From NCBI GenBank assembly GCA_023213395.1, contig CM041465.1, positions 78,747,741 to 78,811,740 on the forward strand: a DNA stretch of 64,000 bases, in the 5' to 3' direction. Shown in pieces: positions 13,001-27,500 of the stretch. The notes under the pieces are model-generated. The model searched no databases, had not been told where the DNA came from, and was given only the letters and a program-made list of their open reading frames with translations. This DNA comes from Cycas panzhihuaensis (taxonomy: Eukaryota; Plantae; Cycadophyta). Position 1 is the first letter of the stretch. Every line of letters starts with the position of its first letter. Made by a program: the position numbers and the translations under genes.

Positions 13001-16000
13001 CTCCATCAGGGAGGTATGTAATGAATTGAATACATTGGGTAGTCCTACTTCTAGATATGAGCTTGTAACTACAATTTTCAAAGCATTGCCTAAGGACTAT
13101 AATGGATTTATTCCATCCACTACACGAGATGGTTCACTTAAAAGAATGTCTTTTAATGAACTTGAAAGCTTGTTGCTTCAAGAGGAGCAAATTTACATTA
13201 AGGATGATGATGACAAACCATCCACTTTAGGGGCATTCACGGCTGAATCAAAAGCCAAGCAAAATCCCAAACCTACACTTTCAAAGTTGTTTGGGAACAT
13301 GAACATTGGTTCCTCAAAGACCAATGTTATCTGTCATTGTTATGGCAAAGTGGGCCACATAACTCCTAATTGTAGGAAGAAACAAGTAGATCTCTAGCAC
13401 ACACGACAGCAGTAGCAGCAGCCATGTCAGCAGCATCAGAGACAGCAACAACCACGACAGCAATTCCAGCAGCAATGGTTTCAATAACAACAATAGCAAC
13501 AACCCCCTCCACCAAATCGAGGTGCCTATCAAGGAGGTCAAAGAGGAAGGGGGGGTTTCAGAAGTGGCAATCAACACCACTTTAATCAGTTTGGAAATAA
13601 GGATAAATTGTTTTGTGCCTATCATACATCCAAGGTTGATCAAAATTGGATCATTGACTCAGGGGCTATTCAACACATGACTAGGAGTGAAGAACTCCTT
13701 TGCGACATCAAGGAAGGAAAAGGTCAATCAGTGACCTTCGACAACAATGAATCTGTTAAGATCTCTAGCATAGGCACAATTGCCCCATTTCACTCTCCTT
13801 CCAATCCTTCCTCCACATTTCCCAATGGCAATGCCTATTTCATACCTTCCATGGAGAAGAGCTTGCTATTTGTTAGCAAATTGGACAAGCAACAGATGAG
13901 CATTTTGTTCAAGGATGGCAAATGTGTAATAAGTGACAAAAATGACCAGGTAGTAGCTGTTGGATATTGTGACAACAATATTTTGGGGCTAAAATTATGG
14001 CATGTTTTCGGCACGGTTTCCCCCCCTAATCTTTCTCGGGGGGTTCTAAGGGGGGTGAGAGCCCCCCTTGGCCGGGGGGTGCGGGGGGAATGGAACGCCC
14101 CCCGCTAAGAGGGGGTTCAGGGGCGATAGCCTCCGACCCAAAAAATTAGCCCTATAAACCATATTAAAATGTAAAGAGAATCAAGGTCGTTCGATACAAA
14201 TACCCTAGATTATACGGTTGAGATTCATGCCTTGGATGTCCCTCTCATGTAGCCCGTTTTAGGGCTTTTCTTATTATGTTGTAATGTAATGTTATGTACT
14301 TTGATGAGGGCGGCGGCTAGTTGTTGTTCCTGAGAGCACTCTGCTACTGAGATGTATTGTTTCTCCATTCTAAAGCAACAAAGATTGATACCTTTCCTAT
14401 GTGGATGTTTCCCTAGCACACTACTAGGGTTTTACCACGTTATATGGGGTGCATATGTGATGTTTAGCTTGTGTATTGATGTTATTGTATTATCTCTGTT
14501 TTTAGAACTTGCATGTTAAATCTTAGTTTCGATTCCTGTAACTAGTTGCAAAATAGTTCAAATCTTGTGGCGGTTTAAGGTTTGGGACCTTGTATTCTCA
14601 ACAGGGACATTTTGTAGTGGTTCAGGATGCATGACTACAAACTAGCGCCTACACCCATGGAGAATGGCACAAAGCTTACTCTCAATGAGGAAGCTGAATC
14701 GGCAGATTCCACTCTTTATCGGCAGTTGATTGAGAGCCTCATCTATCTCACCAACACTCGCCCTAATATCTTATTTGCAGTAGGGATTTGCTCCAGATAC
14801 ATGTCTCAACCTAATCAGAAGCATTGGAATGCAGCTAAATGCATACTCAAATACATCAAAGGCATATTGCAGCATGGCCTTGAGTATGCACATGATGAGA
14901 ACTTCACTCTGGAAGGGTTCTCAGATTCTGATTGGGCAGGTTGCCAGGATAGTAGGAGATCAACCTTAGGTTACTGTTTTACCCTTGGTTCAACAGTTGT
15001 TTCGTGGAGTTGCAAGAAGCAACCCAATGTTACCCCTGTCATCCACCGAAGCAAAGTACAAAGTCATAGCTGACTTGTGAAGCTATCTAGCTACGATGGA
15101 TTCTTGGGGAGCTTGGACTTGAACAGGATCACCCCACCAGGATTTATTGCGACAATAAAAGTGTGCTCAAGGTTGGCCAAGAATCCTGTCTTTCATGCAA
15201 GAAGCAAACATATTGAGGTTCATCATCACTTCATCAAAGAGCATGTGCAAAGCAGTGAAATCAACCTTCAATATAGACCGACAGAGCAGCAGACAACATA
15301 TATCTTTACTAAACCACTTGGTAGAGAAAAATTTGTAAAATTTAGAGATGGTCTAAGGGTCCGACTTAACATTGTAAACAGTAAAGGGGGGTGTTAAACC
15401 TTATGTTTACATGTTAAGACTATGTACTTTATTTTTCATGTATTATATGTACTTTTGTACTTTAGGGGTGACTTATCACTTAAGTGATAAAGTGCACACC
15501 CACATTCTTTCCTAGTGACACAATATTGTCACTAAAGGGTCAAATGGACCCCATGCACTTTTGCTCACTTGAGAGCCCAAAAAGACACGTCTTACATGCA
15601 AGGTATGTACCTTGGAAACTTGAGGAGTAGGAGGGACAGAGAAAGGCGGGAGAATGGATCTGCGTTCGTTAAGACTTTTTTCCAATTCAGCGATGTTTAA
15701 CACTTATCAAACATCCAATGCCTTAAGTCTCTCCTTTCACTCTATATATTGAGACCTCTTCTCATTGTTCTTATATAGAGTAGGAGTTGTATTGTTATAC
15801 TACCAGTTTGCTAATCAAACTGCTATTCATTTGGAGGTTGGACCAATTCCAACTCCTCACATTTGGTATCATTTTTCTCTTTCTCTTTATGCCTTGATTT
15901 TGCTTATGTTGATCTCAGACTTTCATTGTTAGTCTAGATTATTTTCTTTCTAGAACTAGAGTGAATATATCTCCTAGATCTTGGGTTTCAAAGGCCTTTT

Positions 16001-16013
16001 GGCCATTTCAACA
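10097..16013 (+). mobile_element. Element B: Ty1/Copia, internally deleted, inserted in the LTR of A; TSD AGAGA
   Basis: TG at 10097, CA at 16013, TSD agaga (10092-10096 / 16014-16018). 3' LTR 15392-16013 follows PPT aaagggggg. 5' LTR matches for only ~240 bp. gag ~12593-13400, protease WIIDSGA (13608+), RT end and RNase H (SDSDWAG, RSKHIEV) 14604-15390. Integrase and most of RT are absent. Confidence 0.93.
13979..14603 (+). repeat. Solo LTR of an unrelated family inside B, no TSD
   Basis: 625-bp block interrupting B pol: GC-rich start, TATA-like ctataaa, ends ctcaaca. The left terminus appears mutated (TA). Flanks aacaa / gggac differ. Confidence 0.7.
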
Positions 16014-19000
16014 AGAGAGACATGCAACACCACTATTGAGTGCAAAACTGAGATCACTTCCATCACAAGCCACTTCACATCCAAACCGTAGCCGAAGGTT
16101 AATCCATCCTGCTAACCATCTCACCCTATTATCATGAATCCATAAATGGATGTACTAGATGCACCAGTTCCACTATTGGGCTTGTTTGAACACATTTGTG
16201 GCAACTAACAACACTACATGCAATGTCTTTCACTGCACATAGTAGCTTTCCCAAATGGGCTACATGTAGCAACCACTTCTAGGTGGAATCCTTTGGCTTA
16301 GTTTGGGGTAGCTTTCCTTACAAACTCATTTATAGAAGCAAACATCAAAGAACTCATGCTCAACCATTGCCCTACACCCTAATTCACTCTTCCTTAAATA
16401 TTAGATGAAATGACCATATGAAAAGTCATTGGAAATGAAGTGAAAAGTCATTAGTAAGGTAAAGAGTCAAAAGATACCTTGACCATATGAAGTGAATAGC
16501 CACTAGTGAGATGAAGGGTCAAGAATCACCCCTTGAGGGTCTTATAAATACCCCTTTCATAAGCCATGACTTTCTCCACTAGACATAGTTTCTTTTATAG
16601 ACCTAAGTTCAATGTTACAATAGTAATACATAGTTCCACTTGGAGTTATAATAAAAATACATAAACATTTGGTATATTACAATACTCCCACCTTGAGGAG
16701 ATCATTGCCTTCAATGATCCATGGATAACAAATCATTTTCCCTTAAAAAGGCCTCAAATTCCCATGTAGCCTCTTCAATTGGTCGATCTGTCCATAGTAA
16801 AAAGTAAATAATTTTTGTTCTCCATAGTCTTTGAGTCTGAGTATCCAAAATCCTTTCAGATTCATGCATTGTAGGATCAACATCTTGAACATCTACAATC
16901 ATGGAAATCTTATTGTCAAAACATGATAAAGCGTTTTTCAACCAATTGACATGGCAAACTGGGTGTGTCTTCTCATGTGATAGCAACCACAAACTATAAG
17001 CCACATCACCAACCTTTTCCAACATCTCAAATGGTCCACAATACTGTGGAGATAACCTAGAGAACTTCCTTGTAGATAGTGAATTATTCCTTGGTTTTAT
17101 TCGAAGGAAAACTTGTGGTGTCTAGTATTGGTCTACATAAAATTTGGCTCTATCTTAGGCCTTCTTCAAATTTTCCTTGAAACTAGAAATTATTGCTTCC
17201 ATGTCCAACATTTCATTAGTTGATTGTGCCTTGGTTTGAACAATACCAAGAGAAAGAGGAGTTACTGGATTACAACCCAATATTGTCTTAAATAGATACA
17301 TTTTCAATGGTGATTTCACATTATTGTTGTAGGAGAATTCCACTAAGGGTAACGTCTCCTCCCAAGCAATCTAACATTCCACTACGTGTGCCCTTAGCAT
17401 GTCTTCCAATACTTGATTAACTCGCTCGTTTTGGCCATTGCTTTGGGGGTGATCCCCACTACTAAAACATAACTGAGTTCCCAAATCTTTAAAGAATTCT
17501 ACCAAAAATTCTATAGTAAGCTTAGGATCATAATCACTAACAATCTCTTTGGCATGCCAAAATGAGAGAAGACTTCAAACAACACAATTAGAGCAATATC
17601 AACACCACAATGAGTCATCCAACAAGGAATAAACCTTGCTAACTGTGTGAGTTGATCCACAACAACTAGGATCTCGTCATGTTGCTTTTGAGTCTTAGGC
17701 AAATGGGCTATGAAGTCTATAGAAATGTTATGCCATTTACCTTCAGTTATTGGCAAAGGTTGTAGTAAGCCTAAAGACTTTTCATGCTCTATCTTGTTAA
17801 CTCGACATTATAAACAAGTGCTAACATAATCCATAATGTCTTTTTTCATATTTTTCAATACACTAACCTTTTAGTTGTCTGGTAGATCTTTTCATCAACA
17901 ACATGGCTTGCATATAGACTATTATGCACCTAATAAGAAATAAGATGATACAGTTCACGAACATTAGGTACCACCAACATGTCTTTACACCAGAGACAAT
18001 AATTTTTTATAGAGAAATTTCCATGATTCGTTGGTGACTTTATGAGAAACAATAGAATATCCTTACACCAAGGATTAAACTTTTGTGTCTACTAAACTTG
18101 TCCTACAAAAGTTCCCTGAAAAACAATTATGACACTAGCAAAGTGAATTCGAGACAAAGCATCAACAACCACATTATACTTCCTTAGCTTGTACATAGTC
18201 TTTGGCTAAAAATCTTGAAACAATACTCCCCACCTATATTGTTGCAAATTTAACTCTCCCTTTGGAGAGAAGTGAACTAATCAAGTGATAAATATATACC
18301 TCAAACTCGTTGCCTTTCAAATAATGTTTCCAAGTCTTGATGGCATGAACCACTGCCAATAACTCTTGGTAAAAAATCGATTACCTCTATTTAATTGGAT
18401 TCATTTTTTGACTTTCATAAGCCACCACACAACTTCTTGCATCAACATGGCTCTGATAGTTTTCCCACTAGTATTAGTATGTAATACATATAGTTTTGAT
18501 GGATCATAAATGCATAGAATTGGGACAATCGTTAATTTTTCCTTTGACAAATCAAAACTCAATTGATGAATTTCCAAACAAGTATGTTTAGAATTTTCTT
18601 TTTCAACAAATCAGTTAGAGGAGCCACAAGTCGAGAATAAACCTAAATAAACTTTTGGTAGAAATTTGCAAGACCAAGAAAACTCTGCAATTCATACATA
18701 TCCTTGGGAATTGGTCACTCTTTTATTGCTTGGATTTTCTTTGGATCTAGCAACACTCTATCTTTGGAGACAATGTGACACAAATACTGTAGTTGCTACT
18801 AAAAGAAATCACACTGATAACTTTGTATACAATTTATGTTCCTTTAAGCTCTACAACACCTTTCTCAAATGTTCATATTATTTTTCTTGATTTTTATTAA
18901 AAATAAGTATATCATCAATGAAAACAACATAAAAATTATCTAAATAAGGATGGAATATCCCATTCATCAACCTCATGAATGTAACAAGAGTATTGGTCAA

Positions 19001-22000
19001 TCCAAATGGCATGACTAAAAATTCATAATGCTCATCTTTTGTGCCAAAAGAAATCTTCTCTACATCTAAAGACTTAAATCTATATTTAATTGTCGCCACT
19101 TCTCAAATCAAACTCTAAGAATATTGTTGCACCTTGCAACCGATCCAAAAAATCATCAATCTAAGGCATTGGATATTTATCCTTTGTGATGGCTTTATAT
19201 AAGGCTATATAGCATATACGCATTCTCATTGACCCACCTTTCTTCTTTACCAAGAGAATTGGAATTGGGACTCCAAATGATGACTTCCTGAGATGCATGA
19301 ACTCTTTCTCTAGTAATTCTGTGATTTGTTTCTTAACTTCCTCTTGTTCAAAGAAACTAAGTCAATATGGAATTCTAGAAATGGGTTTAGTTCTTGGTTC
19401 CAACTCAATAACATTATCAATATATCTTTCAATAGGAAAACCATAACGCAAATTTTTAGGGAATACATCAACAATCCCACTTAAAAGGCTATGCATACCA
19501 TGGCCAATTTACCGGAAGAGCTACTTGATTATTCTTTGATAAGGATTGCATAGCATGTGTTGTTATGTTGTCGAGATACCTTCTTCAATTAGATGGATGA
19601 CACCATGGGAATAGACCGCAACACTTGATCACTGGCTAAGAAGTGTTGGTGACCACCATGCTCAAACTTTATAGTATATTCTCAAAAAATTATTTGAGGA
19701 TCACAAGCATGCAACCAATTTTGCCTTAAAATAATGTCATGGCGACCAGTATTCATTACATCAAAATCAATAGCATCACCATATGACTGAATGCATAACG
19801 ACACCTTTGGACCATATATATCTTATACACGGGTTCCTTGACCATTGGTAAGTTCCACCTCGTATGTAAAATCCAATTCAATTGTGGACAACCCTAAATG
19901 CTAGGAAACTTTATAAGATATAAAACTGAAAGTTCAACCATTGTCAATCAATGCAATTACCTCAGTCCTATTGATGCTTCCTTTGAATCTTAACAACTTC
20001 ACATTTAAGTATTCATCAAAGACGCATGCTAGAACTTTCTAACTACAATCCACTTTCTTTGTTGTCTTATTTTCACATACGATTGTAATTGATTTGTCTT
20101 TAACTTCATTCTATTGGATCACATTAGAAGTTTGCTTTTATGGACAATTATAAGAGTGATGTCCTCGCTTAAAAATTAAACATAAATTGTTTTCCAAGCA
20201 TCTCTTTTGCTCTTCAACAAGATTCATTCTCTTAGAGGACTTGTGTTGATTCCTTCTCTAGAACCTAATTTTACCTCTAGCACAAAATGACGTCTTCGAA
20301 CTTGGAAAAAGACTTGGTTGACTAGTTTCCTTTTGATAATTTTTTAAAGAATTATTATCTGTGAACTAGCTCTTCCTGTCCTTTTCAAGTTTGCCCATAC
20401 GAAGTGTTAGTCCTATGGCCTCCTCTATAGATTCCAAGTTATGTGCCTTTAGCACTCTTCAAATATAAGGCTTTAAATTTGCCTTATATTGATGGAGTCG
20501 ATCAAAGGTGGATATGAGAGGGAGTTGAGCAAAATCTTTGAGTTGTAATCTCTTACTGATCTTGTTTGTTAAACTTTCAACAACTGGGTTTATGCTTCCT
20601 CCATATCATCTTCAAGCACATAGCAAGTGCACAACAATCCCTTGAATTACTCCCAAAAAGTGACCTTATTCCTCAAACCATTCTTTATGTGCTTCTTAAC
20701 CCCATCCCACCATTTTTGAGCTCTATCCTTCAACTAGAAATAAGCAAGAGTTGTTGTGTTCTCATAAGCAATGTGAAGTGCCTTAAAGTAGTCCTCCATA
20801 TAACTAACCTAATCATGAAAATCAGCGGCAATGCCTTGTCCATTGAAGATTAGTAACTTGATATTCTTCAATTGGTGGGACATTTTCCAGTAAAGTCATC
20901 TCATCCATGGGAAACCAATCATTAGTATTTGGGAAAGAATGTGACCCACTTGGACTTGAGTCCACTAGAGGTTTACATGACTACCTTCTAGAATCAACAC
21001 CAACCTTCTCTTCCTTTTGCATCCTCTTCCTCCTTTGGTACACTTTAGTAATTGGAGGGGTACTTTCATGGGGATCATAGGATCTAGTGGGGGATTGCTC
21101 TTCCTCAAGTTGGGGAATCTTTGGTTTATGAACTGTCTCCTGGCTTCTTTGTCTTTGAGACACTTTTTAATTTTACAACATCATCATCAAGAGTGCCTTC
21201 ATCATCAACAATTGGCAAGGCATATTGTCCACATTGTTCTCAAGTGTAGTTATTCTTTCTTGCGTAAGGTCAACATCCTCTCGAAGACACTTTTGAGAAG
21301 ATTCACCTTCTTCCATTTTTGTTAGTTGTACACCAATTCACCCTAAACCACACTCTACTACCAAATGTTATAGCCCACAAAAATGAACAACTTAAAAATC
21401 TTAAGTTGTACAAAATTCTTACTAATTAAAATCCAAACTTCAAAAAAGTAATTGCCAAATCCACAAATTCATAAATAATAACAATTCTATATTCACTATT
21501 CCATATTACATAACGAATGTACTTTCAAGAGAGAAGATGTTAGAATAGAAGGCACTGTAAGAGAATTTAGATGAGAGTATCCAAGAGTAAACAAGTAGGA
21601 AATCAAATACGAAAGGAAGCCAAGTAATACCGCCATTACGGGTAGGTATGGCATGTTATATCAACTAGTACACAAAGTATTTAACAATGCACTTCAAGAT
21701 GTTAATGAAGCTAAAAGATCAATTCATCAAAGTTTTCAAATTGTTGAGACATGGTAATGGCTAGAATCTACAACCTCGAGTAGTAAATAACTAGACACTT
21801 TGTATCTACAACAAGAAACAAATGGTTTGATTTGGGATATTCAACAAAAAGGTAATCATTGAATTGAACAATCAATGGCCCAAACTTCTATTTAAACAAA
21901 AAAGACATTAGAGACAAGTTCCACTTGTAACTTAGAAAGAAGCCTCAAATTTGATGGTGAGACTTGATATAGAAGGTAATGAGGAAAGATGAAGCAGAAC

Positions 22001-24409
22001 AAGTCACTGTCTTGGAAAAAACTACAATGAGAAGTCAAAAACACTTTGGTCAAGGGTATAATATTTGGAACACATGATACGACCATTCACTAGCTTGTAC
22101 ATCAATGAGAAAACAAGTTGGAACATATTATACCAAGCAAGAACAACCTCAAGAAACCACTATGTTACCAAAATTAAAGAGTTTATTTTGTTACTAGCAT
22201 TCATAAAACACAACAAACATTGACCAAACTACAATGGTTGCAAAGTTTGACATGGATAAAGAACATAGGCTGCACAAAAAACAAGGAAATTCCCTTGCAT
22301 TCCCCCAAATACAAGAGATGATGCCACTAAAATAAGAATCGACCTTACAATAATCAAGGAAATATGGTGTGTAGATTATATGTTGATAACACATCCCAAA
22401 GAATTAGGTCTAGGAAGACACTAAGATAAGGATTATTGATTGTGAATGTGTTGCGGACCTTGTCCTAGCAAAAAAAGGAAAACAGGGACTAACTTCATAC
22501 AGTTTTGGTTGATTTAATCAAAACCTAGATTTCATTATTGATAAACCAAGTTTTGGCTAACTTCTATTAACCAAATTTGGCCAAATTTTAACTAGTTTTG
22601 GACAACTTCTATTAGCTGGTTTTGGGTGTAGATACCACTTCTTTTGGTCAAATTCACTTAACCCCAATAACCACCCACTACATATAGAGGTTTACCTAAG
22701 ACATTTGGGCATTACAGGTCTTAGAATCTTGGTGGAGCTTGCCCTTTCAAGGAGCAAGTCCAACTTATCTTGGCTTCTAATTTTGGATTTCAAATTTGTG
22801 ATTTTCTATTATCACTTTATGTAAACATTGATTGTAATTAATTCAGTTCTCCGCCTATTTTTAAGTAGTACTTCTTTTATTATACTTTCCCTTTAAAGAT
22901 ATTTATTTTATGTTGAAGAACTCTTTCTTTCACAAGTGGAATTGCATTGTGTCCAAATTTCCTTAAAACAAAGGATAATTTGTAGGAATCCCTAGCCCTA
23001 GGGTCACTACAAATGGTATCAAATTCAATTTTCAATTGATCATGGAACTTTGCTCAGGATCCAAGAAACCAGACTCCTTCAAGCAACTAAAAAAGAGGGA
23101 AAAATGGTGTCCAAATTTGATGAAATTAGAATGGTTTGCTAAGATTTGGATAGATATATAGAATATAATAACCAAATATTTGAGAAATATCTGAAGGAAA
23201 CAATTGAAAGATTCAATGCTATATTGGCAAGTACTAGAAAATTGGCCATAGAACTCAAGATGCATGTAGGTTATGAAAAAATAAGGACAAAAGACACCAA
23301 TATGAGGCATCAAAACAATGAACAAATAGAAAACACTGAAAAGGACTATAGGAAAAATGAAGATCACCAACAATCGATCTTTGGCCACAACATTAAAATC
23401 CATAAATACTCCCTCAAAGGTGACAAACTCTGATGAATGGTTGGCCAAAATCAACAACTCCTTCAAAACTCTCTATATTTATAATACCCATAATAGATCA
23501 ACTTTGCTATAGAACACTTAACTGGAACTATGGAGAAGAGAAAACAAGAAAGTAGTGCAATTCTCCAAGTTCATCAAAGCATTTAGTGAATGCATGGAAG
23601 AAAGATGGAATGACCCATACAAAGTCTAGCTAACACATCGTTATCAATAAGGCAGAATAGTCAAATAATTCATTGAAGAATTTGAAAAATTATAGCTCAA
23701 AGCAAGAACTAGTTCAAAGGATGCCCTTCCATATTACATCAATAACCTACAACCTAAAATTTCTGAGGATATTTGTCGATTTAGACAAAGTACACCGGAT
23801 GAAGCTATTTAGGTAGCATGACAAACAAAAGCAAAAATTCTACTCACATAGCAAAGATGGTTCCAATCTAACACCCAAACACTTCAAAGGCTAGACTTCA
23901 AACCATCAAGACCAACCACTCAAGGATTTCCAACAAGAAACACAATCCAAACTAATCAATTGGAAGAATCAAATACCACACAACAGACTCGTGATATTAA
24001 AAGAGCAAAAGAGAAGGCCCTTGGCCTTTGCCATGCTTGTAAGAGACCATGGAGAAAAGGACACACTTACACTAAAAAAAAGTTTTACTTTGTATAAATA
24101 GAAGATGATGACAACAATGAACCCCAAGAAAAAATTGAATTAATAGATGAAGAACTGTGGAAAATGGGCATTAGGCCACATTAGTCCCAAGATCATAAGT
24201 ACAGGCACAATACTACAAATGCATGAAAGCATGAAGGCATAAAGAGCACAAAGAGAAATAGGAGCAAGAGAAAATGATACCCAATATGTGGAGTTGGAAT
24301 TTGTCCAACCTCCCAAGAAGAAACAGTTTGATTAGCAAACTGATAGCATAACAATACAACTCCAACTCTCCTTTTTAGACAATGAGGAGAGGTCTCATTA
24401 TATAGAGTG

Positions 24410-24545
24410 AAATGAGGGACCTAAGGCCTTGGATGTTTGACAAGTGTCAAACATCCAAGATACATGACTTGGATCATTAAAATGAGAGACCTAAGGCCTT
24501 GGATGTTTGGCAAGTGTCAAACATCCAAGATACATGACTTGGATC
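24410..24545. repeat. Tandem duplication (70-bp period) inside the C LTR, each unit containing a 15-bp-stem hairpin
   Basis: aaatgag(g/a)gacctaaggccttggatgtttg(a/g)caagtgtcaaacatccaagatacatgacttggatc occurs twice; the B 3' LTR has the corresponding segment once. Confidence 0.9.
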
Positions 24546-27500
24546 CTCAAAAAGTGCATGAGGGTCCATTTGACCCTTTAGTGACAACGTTGTGTCACTA
24601 GAAAGAATGTGGGTGTGCACTTTATCACTTAAGTGATAAGTCACCCCTAAAGTAAAAGTGCATATATTACATGAAAAATAAAAGTACATTAACTTAACAT
24701 TTAAACATAAGGTTTAACACCCCCTCTTACTGTTTATAATGTTAAGTCGGACACCAAGACCATCTCTAAATTTTACAAATTTGTCTCTACCAAGTGGCTT
24801 GGTAAAGATATCTGCCGTCTGTTGCTTGGTCGATATTGAAGTGTGATCTCACCATTGTGTACATGCTCCCTGATGAAATGGTGGTGAACTTCAATATGCT
24901 TGGTCTGTGCGTGGAGACCAGGAGTCGTAGTTAGCTTGAGGACACTGATTGTCACAACGAAGGTTGGTCATTTCTTGAAACCCAAGCTCATCAAGAATCC
25001 GTCGAAGCCAGATAGCCTCACAAGTCGCTACCGACTTTGTATTCTACTTCAGTGGAGGACAAGGTAACATTTGGTTGTTTCTTGCAACTCCATGAAACAA
25101 TTTCTTGAACCAAGGGTAAAACAAGAACGAGGTAGATTTCCTACTATCCTGGCATCCTGCCCAATCAGAATCAGAGAACCCCTCCAAAGTGAAGTTCTCG
25201 TTATGTACATACTCAAGTCCAAGCTGCAATGTTCCTTTGATATACTTCAGTATGCGTTTTCACCAATGCTTCCGATTGGGTTGAGACATGAAGCGAGAGC
25301 AAATCCCAAGCGCAAATGAAATGTCGGGCGAGTGTTGGTGAGATATATCAAGCTACCAATCAACTGCCGATAGAGAGTGGGATCTGTGGTTCGACTTCCT
25401 CATTAAGAGAAAGCTTGGTGTTCTCCATGGGTGTAGGCGCCGTCTTGCGATCGTGCATCACGAATCTCTGCAAGATGTCCCAAGAATATTTTGCTTGGGA
25501 AATGAAGATATAGCCTCGGTCACGCCATACCTCAAAGCCTAGAAAGTAATGGAGAAGTCCAAGATCAGGTCATCTCAAAACTTCTCTTCAAATCATCTTG
25601 GAGAACATTGATGAGCTTAGTGTCGTCACCGTGATCACTAAGTCATCTACACACAAGGCAATATAGGTGACACGGCGGTGCTCACGTTTGATGTACAAGT
25701 TTGGACCAGATGTGGATCGATGAAACCCATGTCTCAAAAAGTATTCATCGATTTTTGCGTACCATGCCCTAGGAGCTTGCTTCAAGCCATACAAAGCCTT
25801 CTTGAGGCGACATACCAAATGCTCCTTGCCTTGTTCCTTGTAACTAGGAGGTTGCTCCAAGTATACCTCCTCTTGAAGATCGCCGTTGAGGAAGGCGCTC
25901 TTCATGTCCATCGATATCTGACCCATTTGCATTGTGCGGCTAAGGCCAAGAGAAGTCGATGGTGTTCATGTTTGCTGGTGCAAAGGTCTCCTCGTAATCA
26001 ATTCCTTCTTTTTGTTTAAACCCCTTTGCTACAAGTCTAGCTTTCTGTCGCTTGAGTGTCCCATCAGAATGGAATTTGGTCTTGTAGACCCATTTACAAC
26101 TGATTGCTTGTTTGTGTGGAGGCAATTCGACCAAGTCCCAAGTACCATTCTTGTGAATGGATTGAATCTCCTCATCCATGGCAACTTTCCAACTATCACT
26201 TTGTGAAGCCTCTGAAAAGGTAGTAGGCTCATCAATAGAAAGCACTTCAGCCATAAGTGCAAAGTTTGTATCTTCGATACTTTGATGGACGCTTTCCGCA
26301 ATGATATGACCATCCTGCACTGCTTGAGTGTACCACTTAGGTAACTTCAAATGATGTCGCATGAACCTCAATATCTTACGGTCTAAGTGTATGAGTAGCG
26401 TAAGATGAAATGGAAGGTTCAAGTGGAGCGAGATGAAGGCAGTAGATGGTACGAGAAGGTGCAAATGAAGAACATGGTGTGTAAGATTGAGGGAAGGAAG
26501 TCCTCAACAATCTTTTTCCCTTTGTCAATGGGGGTTGGATTGATGCTATATCCAACTCTTTTGATCATCCTCAACAAAGATTACATCTCTTGAGAGATGC
26601 ATTTTTCTCCCAAATTTGGATCATACAACTTGTAGGCTTTGCTATGGATTGCATATCCTACAAAGATGCATTTAAGGCTATGTTTGTCCAACTTTGTTCT
26701 TTGTTGATCCGGTATGTGCATATCGCGATGCACCCGAATGTCCTCAAATGGTGATAGTTGGCTTCTTTCCGGACCATGCCTCCTCGGGTGTGATATTGGT
26801 GGCTTTGTTGTAGGACTTGATTGGCCACATAGGCATTTGTATGAAATGCTTGACCCGAAGAAGCTCTTGGAAGCCCTTTTGCATGCATCATTGTTTTGGC
26901 TTTATTAGCCAAAGTTCTATTCATCCTCTCGGAGACTCCATTTTGCTGACGAGTATGAGGAGCTGTGAGTTGTCTCCTAATTCCATTATCTTTGCAAAAT
27001 TGGTTGAATTCATTTGAAGTGAGTTCACCTCCATTATCTGACCTTAATGTGCCAATTGAGTAGCCAGATTCATTTTCTACTTCCGCCTTGAACTCTTTGA
27101 ACTTGGAGAAGGCTTCTGATTTTTGCTTTAGGAAGTAGACCCAGACTTTGTGAGAGAAGTCATCAATAAAAGATATGTAGTACAATGCTCCTCCAAAGGA
27201 TTGGGTGGACATGGGTCCACACAAGTCTCAGTGAACTAGTTGCAAAGGATAAGATGCACGCCATGCTTTGCCTTTAGGAAAAGGCAGCCGATGTTGTGTC
27301 CCCATTATGCAAGCTTCAAAAAGACATTTTGAACCATACATCTTTGGAAGCCCATACACCATGCTTTTGTTTATCATCTCGCTTGATTGTCTAGGCTTAA
27401 ATGTCCTAGACGTTGATGCCATAATCGAATTTTGACAAAGATGTGGAACCAGAGTAAGCGTAATCAAGAGTAATATTATTGGCATCCAACTTGTAAAGAC

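Larger units (their letters stand above)
9908..21636 (-). mobile_element. Element A: degenerate chromovirus-type Gypsy; 3' LTR 9908-16681 (interrupted by B), 5' LTR from 21366 truncated at ~21636
   Basis: LTR starts tgtcatagcccaca (9908) and tgttatagcccaca (21366) align over about 200 bp. Degenerate Met-tRNA PBS complement ctctactacca lies before 21366 and PPT complement atactcccacc after 16681. RT (YEFLVMPFGLTN, FIDDILI, 18878-19099), integrase (17000-18000), chromodomain (EEATWE, ~16720-16870). Confidence 0.88.

Noticed and set aside
21640-22448. Coding-like A-rich stretch continuing after D at 35158
   Set aside because: Too degenerate to assign.
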